A stretch of 64,000 nt of DNA from Rikenellaceae bacterium (GCA_044433515.1 JAWXTN010000001.1:45280-109279); one strand, 5' to 3'; positions 1 through 9,668 are shown, counted from the stretch's first letter. Numbers and translations: made by a program. The notes: generated from the sequence alone by a model not told the origin.

Positions 1-1349
1 TCGATCATATAGTTCGAACGGTTTCCATCTCCGTAAGTCAAATCCACAGCACCGTTATAGTTAGTTTGATACATACTTTCGAAGTCAACGTGTTGAATGT
101 TGTCGACGTTCATACCCCACTGTTCAGCCAACCACGCAGGGTTAGAGATACGGTCGTAGCTAGGCAAGTTACGATAGTAGTCTGGACGAGGGTCGCTACC
201 GCCGTACCAAGTTAGAGCCGAGTAGCCATTTTCACCGAAACGGTAGCTAGCAGCCGCATTGAATTCGCTGCGGTCGTTTATTTGGAAGTTATAGTTCAAC
301 GTTGCGATAGGTTCGTGATAATCCTTCACTCTAGTGTTACGGATTTCACCATCCTGATAACCCCAGTTAGGGTTGTAGTAGTTACTTCCCACAAGGTCAT
401 AGACCTCTTGAGTTGAAGCCGATTGCACACCACGCTCTGTTGGCGCACCTAGAATTGTGAACGAAAGGAGGTGCTTAGAACCGATTTGTTTCTCAACCGA
501 AGCGAAGTAGCCGTAAGTATTATAGTACACACCGTCGATATAAGAGTTATAACCCTGACGAGTAGAAGCACTAAAGGCAAATGCCCAACCGTTGTCCATC
601 ATACCCGAAGCATAGCTAGCCATTGCACGGAAGCGGTACATAGAGTTTGCACTAACCAAACTTACAGAAAGACCCTTACGCATTTGCGAAGCACGAGCTA
701 GGATATTAGTAGAACCGCCAGCACCACCAAGTCCATAGGCAAATGAATTAAGACCAGAAGTTGTTTCTTGGTTACGTGTAGCGTCGTTAAGACCGCTCCA
801 AAGCGACCAAGGCGAGTAGCCAGTCATCGCATCGGTAAGTTCAATACCATTAAGGAAAACCTCCGACTGCTGTGAATCATAACCACGAGCCGAGAATCTC
901 ATCTCCGAGAACTTGTACGAAGCGATATTGCTGAATAGGTCTTTGAAAGCCGACAAAGAACCAGCATTATAGCTACCGTCACTACCTGTTTCGGTATCAA
1001 ATTCCGCAAAGATTGCATCGTCCACGTAAGAGACTTCCGCAACAGGAATCATTACAATGGTGTACAAGTCTTTAACGTCACCCGTAACCTCCACTGTCAT
1101 TGTAAGAGGTTCAAACTCCGCAGCTGTGAATGTTACCATATAGCGACTTGCATCAATTCCTTCAAGGAGGAACTGACCATCAGCGTCACTAGTTGTTGTT
1201 TTTGTAAAAGGGTCTGTCTTTACTGTCACACCTTGGATAGGTGTACGACCCTCGCGTGACAAGATACGCCCTGAGATACCGCCATACTGAGCAAGCGCAG
1301 TCATCGGTATAAAGCATAGTGCCAAAAATAAGAGTAATTTGTTTTTCAT
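1..1349 (-). CDS. TonB-dependent receptor with N-terminal carboxypeptidase-regulatory-like domain (3' end runs off the window)
   Basis: Absent from the ORF track because it is truncated. Manual translation from ATG at 1349 gives MKNKLLLFLALCFIPMTALAQYGGISGRILS, then plug-like RFSARGYD..VFLNG..WSLWSGLND..GGAGGSTNI, then barrel-like strands. Confidence 0.85.
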   Translation of the reverse strand, partial: MKNKLLLFLALCFIPMTALAQYGGISGRILSREGRTPIQGVTVKTDPFTKTTTSDADGQFLLEGIDASRYMVTFTAAEFEPLTMTVEVTGDVKDLYTIVMIPVAEVSYVDDAIFAEFDTETGSDGSYNAGSLSAFKDLFSNIASYKFSEMRFSARGYDSQQSEVFLNGIELTDAMTGYSPWSLWSGLNDATRNQETTSGLNSFAYGLGGAGGSTNILARASQMRKGLSVSLVSANSMYRFRAMASYASGMMDNGWAFAFSASTRQGYNSYIDGVYYNTYGYFASVEKQIGSKHLLSFTILGAPTERGVQSASTQEVYDLVGSNYYNPNWGYQDGEIRNTRVKDYHEPIATLNYNFQINDRSEFNAAASYRFGENGYSALTWYGGSDPRPDYYRNLPSYDRISNPAWLAEQWGMNVDNIQHVDFESMYQTNYNGAVDLTYGDGNRSNYMI

Positions 1350-1372
1350 ATTATTTGTATAGATAATTTTTC

Positions 1373-2410
1373 TTAATCAATTATAATATATACTGGAAGG
1401 TGGTCGCTAAATCCACCGATAAATGCGCCACCGCTAAAGCTACGAAGAGGATAACCTTTGTATTTTCCCGATTTCTGAATCATATATGGAGCTTTAAAGA
1501 TATTTCCGTAGAAGCGTTTATCCGAAGGCGATTTTTGAAGGGTAAGTGTACCCTCGTTAGCCTCCACAAGGTTTTTACTAACAATTATATTATCGAAAAT
1601 GTTCCATTGGTCTTGATATCCTAGCGAACCATAACCAGCTCTGTGCATTGCCCAGTAAGGGTTAAAGTATCCATTCTCTGGCACTTCTTTCAGTTTGCCC
1701 TTTGCACCAAGAATCTCATAGATACTCTTATCGGCAGGGTCATCATTCATATCGCCCATAATCACGACTTTAGTAGCAGGATTTTCTGCCAACACCGAGT
1801 CAGCGATTTGGCGCACTTGCGCTGCTGCTGCTTCACGTCTATAACTAGAATTTTCCTTGCCTCCCCAACGAGAAGACCAGTGCATAACCATAAAGTAGAA
1901 AGGTTCTCCTTCGATAGTGCCCCACATACCTAGGATATCACGAGTTTTGTAGTCGTCATAGCCAGGCATAGTAGCACGGTGAGGATATGCACCCTCAATC
2001 TTGAATACATCTGGGCGATACAAGAACGCAACGTCAACGCCACGACGCTCTCTCGAATCGAAATGAGCGATGTGATAGTTAGCAGCCTTAAGGCTAGGTG
2101 TAGAAGCGATATCTTCCAAAACCGAACGAACCTCAACCTCCGAAAGACCTATAACCGCAGGGAAAGTTTTATTATTTTTTGCGATATCGAAAAGCACTTT
2201 TTCGACATTGGCAAGTTTTTTGTAATACTTATCACCAGTCCAGTTATTACTGCCCTCTGGGGTAAATTCTTCGTCATTAACATCTGGATCGTTAATTGTA
2301 TCGAAGAAGTTTTCCACGTTGTAGAACATTACTACTACGGGTTTCTGCGCAAGTGCAACTGCCGTTACGAACAGCAAAAGAGCACTTACTATAACAATAC
2401 GTTTATTCAT
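1373..2410 (-). CDS. Secreted endonuclease/exonuclease/phosphatase (EEP) family nuclease
   Basis: Signal peptide ending ALAQ; motifs FYNVENFFD, GLSEVE, GDMND, FDNIIVS, FSDHLPV. Confidence 0.9.
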   Translation of the reverse strand: MNKRIVIVSALLLFVTAVALAQKPVVVMFYNVENFFDTINDPDVNDEEFTPEGSNNWTGDKYYKKLANVEKVLFDIAKNNKTFPAVIGLSEVEVRSVLEDIASTPSLKAANYHIAHFDSRERRGVDVAFLYRPDVFKIEGAYPHRATMPGYDDYKTRDILGMWGTIEGEPFYFMVMHWSSRWGGKENSSYRREAAAAQVRQIADSVLAENPATKVVIMGDMNDDPADKSIYEILGAKGKLKEVPENGYFNPYWAMHRAGYGSLGYQDQWNIFDNIIVSKNLVEANEGTLTLQKSPSDKRFYGNIFKAPYMIQKSGKYKGYPLRSFSGGAFIGGFSDHLPVYIIID

Positions 2411-2478
2411 TTTTAGTTTTTAGTTATCTTTTTTTACTTTAAAGCCTATACTATATATATTAAGTATCTAAATATAAG

Positions 2479-3648
2479 TTACAGACTCCATAGCGAAGTA
2501 TTAAAAGTTTGTTTAACCTCATCGGGTATAGTCGGGAAGAAAGTAAAACCTGTTCTCTCCTCAATAGTAGCCACCGACACAGGTTCGGGTATAGTACTAT
2601 AATATTGATGTTCGAACCAATAGCCTATTGCCTTTAGTTCGTCACTACTACACTCCTCAACACTTTTGCCAGTAACACCTGTACGTGTACGCATCATAAC
2701 TTTGTAGTATGCAGATGGTATCGGGCAATTTTTCCCCGACGCATCAGTTGTCGAGCCAATCGAAGAGCTATAATCAGCACCTGTCACTACATATAGTGTA
2801 TCAGAACAAACCTGATTACGAACTATCGACTCAACGCTACTCCACTTCTGCTGGTTAAGTGTACCGAGCTGTGGTGTCATATTTGAGTAATAGAACGTTT
2901 GAATGTTCATCTCCTCTGTACTTTGTCTATCGGCAGAGGCACATTGGTGACCTCTATCATAGCTACCCGAATATGACTTCGAAAGGTTCGGCTGGTACTG
3001 AGTTTCGATTTTTGGGTCATACGCCCAGTTCTCTACTCTACCTACATCACCGCCATCGTCATAAATCTTATGGAAAGGATAAGCAACCCATCGAGCACCG
3101 TAGTTCTTAATATCATAACACATCGAGAAGTTACGAATTGTCTTCGAGTTATATTCCACATAGTGTGTAACATACTGATAGTTGCTATTTTCCACAGTAG
3201 TAGGGATTTCCGCCCAACCGTAAACAGGGTCTAGATCCTCATATTCGGCAGAGAATTGCACAAATGTAATTGTCTCTGCATCCTCTCCCTCGAATGTAAA
3301 GCTTACAGTAGCTTTTAGGTTCTCATCTGTTGAGTTAGCTCCAAAATAAATATATAGTCTATTAGTATAAGGCGACATCACAGTACCCTCACTCGTCAAC
3401 ACCGAAGTGCTGATATCAAACGACGCATACTCTACTCCCGAAGTAATCTCTGCGCTCCAATTTGTTCCTAACTCAGCATATATAGCAATCTCACCGTTTC
3501 CACCGCTGCTACTTACAGTGAGGTTTTTAATCTCAATGTAAGACGTGGAAGAATCTCCTCCCTCGTCGCAAGCAACAAGGGAGAGAGACACCATCCATAG
3601 GATTAGAACTGGAAATAAAGTTCTTACTCTTTGACTAAATTTATACAT
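2479..3648 (-). CDS. Lipoprotein DNA/RNA non-specific endonuclease (NucA/EndoG His-Me type) with N-terminal BACON-like domain
   Basis: Lipobox LVAC; catalytic YDRGHQ motif, then TFYYSNMTPQ and LNQQKW. Confidence 0.9.
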   Translation of the reverse strand: MYKFSQRVRTLFPVLILWMVSLSLVACDEGGDSSTSYIEIKNLTVSSSGGNGEIAIYAELGTNWSAEITSGVEYASFDISTSVLTSEGTVMSPYTNRLYIYFGANSTDENLKATVSFTFEGEDAETITFVQFSAEYEDLDPVYGWAEIPTTVENSNYQYVTHYVEYNSKTIRNFSMCYDIKNYGARWVAYPFHKIYDDGGDVGRVENWAYDPKIETQYQPNLSKSYSGSYDRGHQCASADRQSTEEMNIQTFYYSNMTPQLGTLNQQKWSSVESIVRNQVCSDTLYVVTGADYSSSIGSTTDASGKNCPIPSAYYKVMMRTRTGVTGKSVEECSSDELKAIGYWFEHQYYSTIPEPVSVATIEERTGFTFFPTIPDEVKQTFNTSLWSL

Positions 3649-3653
3649 ATAGC

Positions 3654-5906
3654 TTATTCACAAACGAAATCAATAGTGAATGCGTAGGCAGTATATGTAG
3701 AATTGTTTTGGATTGAAACAAACTCATATCCCGCAGGTATAGTGTATGTTACATCGTCATCAACTCTCACACCCTCTACCTCAGTAGTTGTATCACCAAG
3801 TGTAGTCCCTACAAAAAGTTGGAAGTTATTGTATGAAGTACCCTCTGGAGCAAGGTTCAAAACAATCTCAGTAAGACCAGTAAGCGCACCGTTGTTTGAA
3901 AGGTATGCGCTAGAGCTAGCTTTGAATTGGATAGGTCCGTTAGAATCTGGATATTGTTCCATAAAGTTAGCTACATAAGAAGCAGTGAAAGAAACACCGT
4001 CGATGTCGATTTCAGCGGCTTCTTCATAATTAGTTGGAAGTTCCGAACCGTCCATTGAGAGGCTCTCGCCAGTTGAAGGATCGTCTGGAGTCTCAGGGTC
4101 TGGATCTGGTTCTGGATCAGGATCAACTGTACCAGAAGTAGTAGTATTAAAGTCGATTTGGAAAGCGTAAGCCGTATATTCTGAGTTATTTTGGATAGAA
4201 ACGAACTCGCTACCCTCTGGGATAGTATAAGTCACAACATCGTCAACTCTAACTCCCTCAACAGCAGTAGTAGTAGAGCCAAGAGCTGTACCTACATAAA
4301 GTTCGAAGTTATTGTATGAAGTACCAGCAGGAGCAAGTGTAAGTTGGATTTCTTTAAGACCAGTGATTGCACCATTATTCGCTAGGAAAGCACTACTAGT
4401 ACCCTTGAATTGGATAGGTCCGTTAGAATCTGGATATTGTTCCATAAAGTTAGCTACATAAGACGCAGTAAAAGAAACACCGTCAATGTCGATTTCAGCG
4501 GCTTCTTCATAATTAGTTGGAAGTTCCGAACCGTCCATTGAGAGGCTCTCGCCAGTTGAAGGATCGTCTGGAGTCTCAGGGTCTGGATCTGGTTCTGGAT
4601 CAGGATCAACTGTACCAGAAGTAGTAGTATTAAAGTCGATTTGGAAAGCGTAAGCTGTGTAAGTCGAGTTATTTTGAATAGAAACAAACTCACAGCCCTC
4701 TGGGATAGTATAAGTCACAACATCATCAACTTTAACACCTTCAACCGCAGTTGTAGTAGAACCATAGGCTGTACCTACATAAAGTTCGAAGTTGTTATAA
4801 GAAGTACCAGCAGGAGCAAGTGTAATTTGAACTTCTTTAAGATCTGTGATAGCACCAGTATTAGCTAGGTAAGCATTAACACTACCTTTGAATTGGATAG
4901 GACCATTTGTTTCGTACAAAGACGAGAAGTTAGCTACATAAGAAGCGATAAAAGCAACACCGTCAACGTCGATTACCTCAGATTCGCCATAGGCTGTTGG
5001 AAGTTCAGATCCGTCCATTGAAATGCTCTCTCCATCAGATGGATCGTCTGGAGTATCAGGATCGTCTGGAGTATCAGGGTTACCAGTAGAACCAGCAGTA
5101 GATTTCAAAGCGATTTCTGAAGCATAAGCTGTATAGTCAGAAGGGTTCGCTATTCTAATATACTGACAACCCTCTGGGATAGTGTAGTAACAAACGTCAC
5201 CGTCCTTTGTAGGAGTAAGAATTTCGCCATCAGTAGGGTTCTTTTCAGTACCAGCGTAAACAATAAAGTTATTGTAAGAAGTTCCAGCAGGAGCAAGAGT
5301 AATAGTCACCTCTGCAAGGTTTTCGAATGCTGTATTGTTATATAGGTATGAAACTGTTTTAGCAAACTGAATAGCACCACTTGAATCTGGGTAAAGCTCA
5401 GTAAAGTTAGCAACAGAAGTAACAGTGAAGTCCATACCGTCAACAGTGATAACCTCGTCAGTACCATAAGATGTAGGAAGTTCCGAACCATCGAATGTTA
5501 CATCACCTTGAGTTACCTCACCTTGGCTAACCGATACTCTCTCCTGGATAAGAACGCCATAAGCATTGTAAACCTCAACAGAGAAGTTACCCGAGCGACC
5601 AGTTTCAGTAGCAGGGATAGTAACATAAACATCAGCATTACCGCTACCCGAAAGTGGCTCAACTGACAACCACTCAGAAGCAGACTCATCGACTGTAATA
5701 ACCCAGTCACGATTAGCCTCAATTTTGAGAACACCACCGTTATCGTCAGCAGCAGCACCACTATTGTCAAACAACAATTCATTTGTCGAAAGATTAAGCG
5801 TTGGCATACCTGTATCGAGGTTATCCTCCGAGCAACTTGTTATGCTTATAAGCGATAACACAACCAGGGCAGCAAAAAGCGGCCTAAAAAGTAAACTTTT
5901 TTTCAT
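3654..5906 (-). CDS. Acidic surface lipoprotein: BACON domain plus four tandem ~135-aa repeat domains joined by PD/PE linkers
   Basis: Lipobox ITSC; BACON-like ANRDW..WLSVEPLSGSG; the unit GSELPTxY..VANF..IQF..LAPAGTSYNNF occurs four times. Confidence 0.8.
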   Translation of the reverse strand: MKKSLLFRPLFAALVVLSLISITSCSEDNLDTGMPTLNLSTNELLFDNSGAAADDNGGVLKIEANRDWVITVDESASEWLSVEPLSGSGNADVYVTIPATETGRSGNFSVEVYNAYGVLIQERVSVSQGEVTQGDVTFDGSELPTSYGTDEVITVDGMDFTVTSVANFTELYPDSSGAIQFAKTVSYLYNNTAFENLAEVTITLAPAGTSYNNFIVYAGTEKNPTDGEILTPTKDGDVCYYTIPEGCQYIRIANPSDYTAYASEIALKSTAGSTGNPDTPDDPDTPDDPSDGESISMDGSELPTAYGESEVIDVDGVAFIASYVANFSSLYETNGPIQFKGSVNAYLANTGAITDLKEVQITLAPAGTSYNNFELYVGTAYGSTTTAVEGVKVDDVVTYTIPEGCEFVSIQNNSTYTAYAFQIDFNTTTSGTVDPDPEPDPDPETPDDPSTGESLSMDGSELPTNYEEAAEIDIDGVSFTASYVANFMEQYPDSNGPIQFKGTSSAFLANNGAITGLKEIQLTLAPAGTSYNNFELYVGTALGSTTTAVEGVRVDDVVTYTIPEGSEFVSIQNNSEYTAYAFQIDFNTTTSGTVDPDPEPDPDPETPDDPSTGESLSMDGSELPTNYEEAAEIDIDGVSFTASYVANFMEQYPDSNGPIQFKASSSAYLSNNGALTGLTEIVLNLAPEGTSYNNFQLFVGTTLGDTTTEVEGVRVDDDVTYTIPAGYEFVSIQNNSTYTAYAFTIDFVCE
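3657..5020. repeat. Intragenic tandem duplication with a 483-bp (161-aa) period
   Basis: ataggtccgttagaatctgg starts at both 3931 and 4414, and long stretches after it are near-identical at DNA level. Confidence 0.9.
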
Positions 5907-6006
5907 AGATTTTGTATAATTATTTTTTGGTATTTATCTTATGTACAAACCTTTACACTACCCAGAATTTTACTAACCTAAAATTTAGAGCACACCCCCC
6001 ACACTG

Positions 6007-6037
6007 CAAATGTAGTAAAAGAAATTATTAAAACCAA
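6007..6037 (-). promoter_or_regulatory. Bacteroidetes sigma-A-type promoter for the nuclease/TBDR operon
   Basis: Minus strand reads TACATTTG (-7 consensus TAnnTTTG), with TTG about 20 nt upstream. Confidence 0.5.
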
Positions 6038-6144
6038 CACAATAATTCAACTTTCTTTCAAACAAATATTTTCAGAATTTACAGTCATCTCAAACACCTA
6101 ATTAACAGAGCTTTATTTCAAGGTTACGATTTTGTTAATAAAGC

Positions 6145-6187
6145 AAAAAAAAGTCATAATCTAACACCTAGATTTTGACTTTTTTTT
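6145..6187. terminator. Intrinsic terminator after ribF-like gene
   Basis: aaaaaaaagtcataatcta / tagattttgactttttttt imperfect inverted repeat with A and T tails. Confidence 0.6.
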
Positions 6188-6225
6188 AAATTATTTCAGA
6201 GCGGCTAAATTTCACGCCATAATTC

Positions 6226-6909
6226 CTACTCCACAAAGGGTGAAATTATCCTCACATCTGCCCTCTCTCTCATCATTTTAAGCTCAGAAATAGTTATTAT
6301 TTTTTCTTGACTGTCTACCACGCAGCGATACCTTCCCTCAGGGGGGAAAAGTTTAGTATCATCTTCGATAGGGGTTCTAACAAGATATGGCGCACCAAGT
6401 AGCCTAGCCACCATTTCGATATCGCCCAATTGCAGTGCATCACGCACCATCGTTGAGCTAATTTCATCGTAACGCCCAAGACTCAGAATCTCCAGTCCAT
6501 ATTTCTCCAACTCTCTGACACCACCGCTGCCTCCCTTGCCGAAATTATGGTCACTACTCATCATTATGCCAACAGCACCGAGTGCACCCACCAAAAAATC
6601 CCTCACAAAGACATCAGCCTCAATTTTAGCGAACTCCACGGTAAACTCCACAACAACAACATTACGAGCCCCAGCCTCCTCCAGAAGGCACAATTTCTCA
6701 TCAAGCGAACACAGCAGCCTATTCTCGCCACGAAGCACCTGACGAGGATGCTGCGAAAAAGTCACCACAACAGGCTCAGCCTCACGAGCCACAGCTTCCC
6801 TTTCAAGGTTCGCAATCAACTCCCTATGCCCCCTATGAACCCCATCAAACGAGCCGATAGCGACAATCGCCCGTGAAAAATTATGTGTAAATCCTCGAAA
6901 AACTCTCAT
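6226..6909 (-). CDS. ribF: FAD synthetase (RibF N-terminal domain) with degenerate riboflavin-kinase domain
   Basis: GSFDGVHRGH, HNFG and ISSTMVR motifs present; no GxPTAN kinase motif; only 227 aa. Confidence 0.75.
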   Translation of the reverse strand: MRVFRGFTHNFSRAIVAIGSFDGVHRGHRELIANLEREAVAREAEPVVVTFSQHPRQVLRGENRLLCSLDEKLCLLEEAGARNVVVVEFTVEFAKIEADVFVRDFLVGALGAVGIMMSSDHNFGKGGSGGVRELEKYGLEILSLGRYDEISSTMVRDALQLGDIEMVARLLGAPYLVRTPIEDDTKLFPPEGRYRCVVDSQEKIITISELKMMRERADVRIISPFVE

Positions 6910-6944
6910 ACCCCAGTTTCTAAAATTAAGCCTCTAGTATTAAA

Positions 6945-7568
6945 TTACTTCGAGAAATAGACAACCTTTTCGAAAAGCGTAAGAATATCATAATTCTCCA
7001 CAAAGACGTCCCTTTCGAAATTCACCGATGCACTTGTAAAGTTCAGTACTCCACGAATCTTAGAGTTTTCGATATGCTCACTAATAGCCGCCACAGCCTC
7101 CGAAGGGCAGCTAAGAATTATAATCTGAATATTTTGCTCGCTGACTACCCTTTCGAAATCCTCTATCGAAAAGCAGGTCACGCCAAAGAATTCGCTCCCG
7201 ATTTTCTCAGAGTCTTTATCAAAATAGGCAGCAATATTTATATTCGAGAATTCCCTTCCCATAAAGTAGTGATTAATTGCTTGAGCGAGGTTACCCATCC
7301 CCACAAAGGCAATATTCTGCACACTCTCGGCATCAATAATCGACGAGATATGCCTCTGCAACACATTAATATCATAACCCATACGAGCCGACGACGAGAA
7401 GCCGATAAGCATCAAGTCACGCCTCACCTGCACAGCAGTGATACCAAGCATCTGCGCCAACTGGTGAGAATATATGTGGGTAAGCCCATCTTTAGCGAGC
7501 CCTAGAAGTGAACGCCTATAGCTTGACATCCGCTCAATTGTCTTTGCAGGCAATTTTTTGTCTTTCAT
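6945..7568 (-). CDS. rex: Redox-sensing transcriptional repressor Rex
   Basis: TIERMSSY, QVRRDL and GYDI in the wHTH; Rossmann VGMGNLA; GVLNFT. Confidence 0.93.
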   Translation of the reverse strand: MKDKKLPAKTIERMSSYRRSLLGLAKDGLTHIYSHQLAQMLGITAVQVRRDLMLIGFSSSARMGYDINVLQRHISSIIDAESVQNIAFVGMGNLAQAINHYFMGREFSNINIAAYFDKDSEKIGSEFFGVTCFSIEDFERVVSEQNIQIIILSCPSEAVAAISEHIENSKIRGVLNFTSASVNFERDVFVENYDILTLFEKVVYFSK

Positions 7569-7664
7569 ATTTTTTTATTCAAGAGGGGAGTTTTAAATTT
7601 CTCCCAATTTTATATTTTCGTTTATTTATTTTCTAATGGGGAGTTCTTGTTAGGCAACCCATTT

Positions 7665-8405
7665 TTAAGTATGGGCTACAACTGCCATTGCTCCCAAATA
7701 TAGTTTCGTGCCATAAAGCTCTTCCCTATTTATCGCTACAGCGCACTCCTCAAGCGTTGCCCCCGTAGTAATAACATCGTCAACCAGCAAAATATTACGC
7801 CCAGCGAGTCTGTCCACCTTATTTACTACAAATGCCCCTTCGACATTTACAGCTCTATTTTCCTTTGTCTTTAACCTAGCCTGTGTTTTAGTTCGTCGCT
7901 CACGCTTTAGTGCATCTGCACAAAATTCAACACCCAGTTTCTTAGCTATCGCCTTTGCAAACTCATCCGACTGATTATACCCTCGCTTTATCTTCTTCGA
8001 AAAATGAAGAGGAACTGCTATAACCAAATCCACATCCTCGTAAAAAGGACTCTCAGCGAGGTACGCCCCATAAATCTCTCCCAAAACCCTAGCGATATCA
8101 TCCCTCGAAGAGTACTTCATCCTATGAATCATCTTCTGAAAGTCACTACCCCTCTGAAAGTACATAAGTGCAGATGCCGTTTCAAAGAGTGCCCTACCAG
8201 CAAAGAGACTCACCACATAATTCTCCTTACGATTGAAGTAACCAGTTATCGGCATATCATAACGACAGACCGTACAAATCGTATCCTCATAGTCCAAAAG
8301 TGCCTTAGCACAACAAGCGCACTGAGGCGGAAAGATGATAGAAAGAAGCGACTCCGCCCAATCCCTCACAAGACTCCCTCTTTTGGTATAAATCCTCTGA
8401 CTCAT
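7665..8405 (-). CDS. comF: ComF family protein (double zinc ribbon plus PRTase)
   Basis: CACC..CTVC, RGYNQS, LLVDDVITTGAT. Confidence 0.9.
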   Translation of the reverse strand: MSQRIYTKRGSLVRDWAESLLSIIFPPQCACCAKALLDYEDTICTVCRYDMPITGYFNRKENYVVSLFAGRALFETASALMYFQRGSDFQKMIHRMKYSSRDDIARVLGEIYGAYLAESPFYEDVDLVIAVPLHFSKKIKRGYNQSDEFAKAIAKKLGVEFCADALKRERRTKTQARLKTKENRAVNVEGAFVVNKVDRLAGRNILLVDDVITTGATLEECAVAINREELYGTKLYLGAMAVVAHT

Positions 8406-8441
8406 AACTATTTCACAACATAAGGGGACTTAAAAAAACCT

Positions 8442-8912
8442 CTATTCAATATCCCCAAGCCCTATCTCCGAGAGGTTCTCCGTACTCACACTATCCATAA
8501 GGTATAGCGGTGAATCACGAACCTCAGCGAAAGACTGTAAATCAAATTCCTTAACAGCGATGACCGCCTTAGGGAACACGCCCTTTATAAGTCCAATAAG
8601 GCGCACAGCCTCGCTACGTTCATAACACTCCCCGACATAGACCTTAAAGAAAGGGTTCTCATACTCCAATTTCGAAGGCTCATAAGGCAGAAGACCCCTA
8701 ATCTTTGTAAGGTAAACATTCGCCTGCGAACGAGCATTTTGCCCGTTGTCAGCAAAAATACATACAGTATAACCCCACTTCTTATCCACTGTCTTCTGTC
8801 TCTGAACTGCCTGCATCGAGGCGGCATCGAGCTTTACGCTAAGTTTTGGATTCTGCGCAAGCGACGGCATAGCGCAAAGAGCCAATACAAATAATATAAA
8901 TATCTTTTTCAT
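8442..8912 (-). CDS. Secreted SPOR-domain-like protein
   Basis: Signal peptide ending SLAQ; GYTVCIF..NPFFKVYVG..RSEA..FPKA pattern. Confidence 0.65.
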   Translation of the reverse strand: MKKIFILFVLALCAMPSLAQNPKLSVKLDAASMQAVQRQKTVDKKWGYTVCIFADNGQNARSQANVYLTKIRGLLPYEPSKLEYENPFFKVYVGECYERSEAVRLIGLIKGVFPKAVIAVKEFDLQSFAEVRDSPLYLMDSVSTENLSEIGLGDIE

Positions 8913-8957
8913 CTCTATAACGAAATTTGTTTGCTAGGGATTTTTTTAAAGTCCCCT

Positions 8958-9668
8958 CTATAACTTCTTTTTGTAGCCCGTGTAGAGAGTTACGACTCCA
9001 CCCATAATCGAACGAGCCGAAACCTTCTCAAAACCCACCGCACTGAGTATTTCGAGAAACTCGCCCTCAGTACAAAATCCCTCAACCGAATTTGGAAGAT
9101 AACTATAAGCCGCCCTATTACCAGAAATAAGCCCCCCTATAAAGGGAAGTATCTTCGAAAAATAGAACCTAAAGAGGCTATTCCACAAACTCCTACGCTT
9201 CTGTGGCGAATACTCCAATATACAGCACACGCCCCCACTCCTTATAACCCGAGCCATCTGAGAAACTCCCTTCTCTACATCCGCAAAGTTACGCACTCCA
9301 AAGGCACAAGAAAGAGCATCAAACTCGCCACTCTCAAATGGCAGTTCCAAGGCATCGGCAACCATAAGTTCCGCTTCTATACCCAGCTTCTTTAATTTAA
9401 CCTTTCCCCTTTCAAGCATAAGAGTCGAGATATCCCCTCCCACGAACTTGCAATCACTGCCGCACTTCTTCTGCATAGCAATAATTAGGTCAGCCGTACC
9501 AGTAGCCACATCCAAAACCTTTTTAGGACTGCTAGCTGCCACAATCTTAGCGAGCTTTTTTCTCCACCCTTTATCTATCCCAAAAGAGAGCAGATGATTC
9601 AATAAATCGTACTTCGGTGCAATTGCATCGAACATCTCCTCTACCTCTTGTCTTTTATTTTTATTCAT
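8958..9668 (-). CDS. menG: Demethylmenaquinone methyltransferase UbiE/MenG
   Basis: MFDAIAPKYDLLNHLLSFG, VLDVATGTAD, FGVRN, AYSYLPNS. Confidence 0.93.
   Translation of the reverse strand: MNKNKRQEVEEMFDAIAPKYDLLNHLLSFGIDKGWRKKLAKIVAASSPKKVLDVATGTADLIIAMQKKCGSDCKFVGGDISTLMLERGKVKLKKLGIEAELMVADALELPFESGEFDALSCAFGVRNFADVEKGVSQMARVIRSGGVCCILEYSPQKRRSLWNSLFRFYFSKILPFIGGLISGNRAAYSYLPNSVEGFCTEGEFLEILSAVGFEKVSARSIMGGVVTLYTGYKKKL

Noticed and set aside
8402-8419. Rex operator upstream of comF/rex
   Set aside because: Only one half-site (TTGTGAA) matches the TTGTGAA-N4-TTCACAA palindrome.
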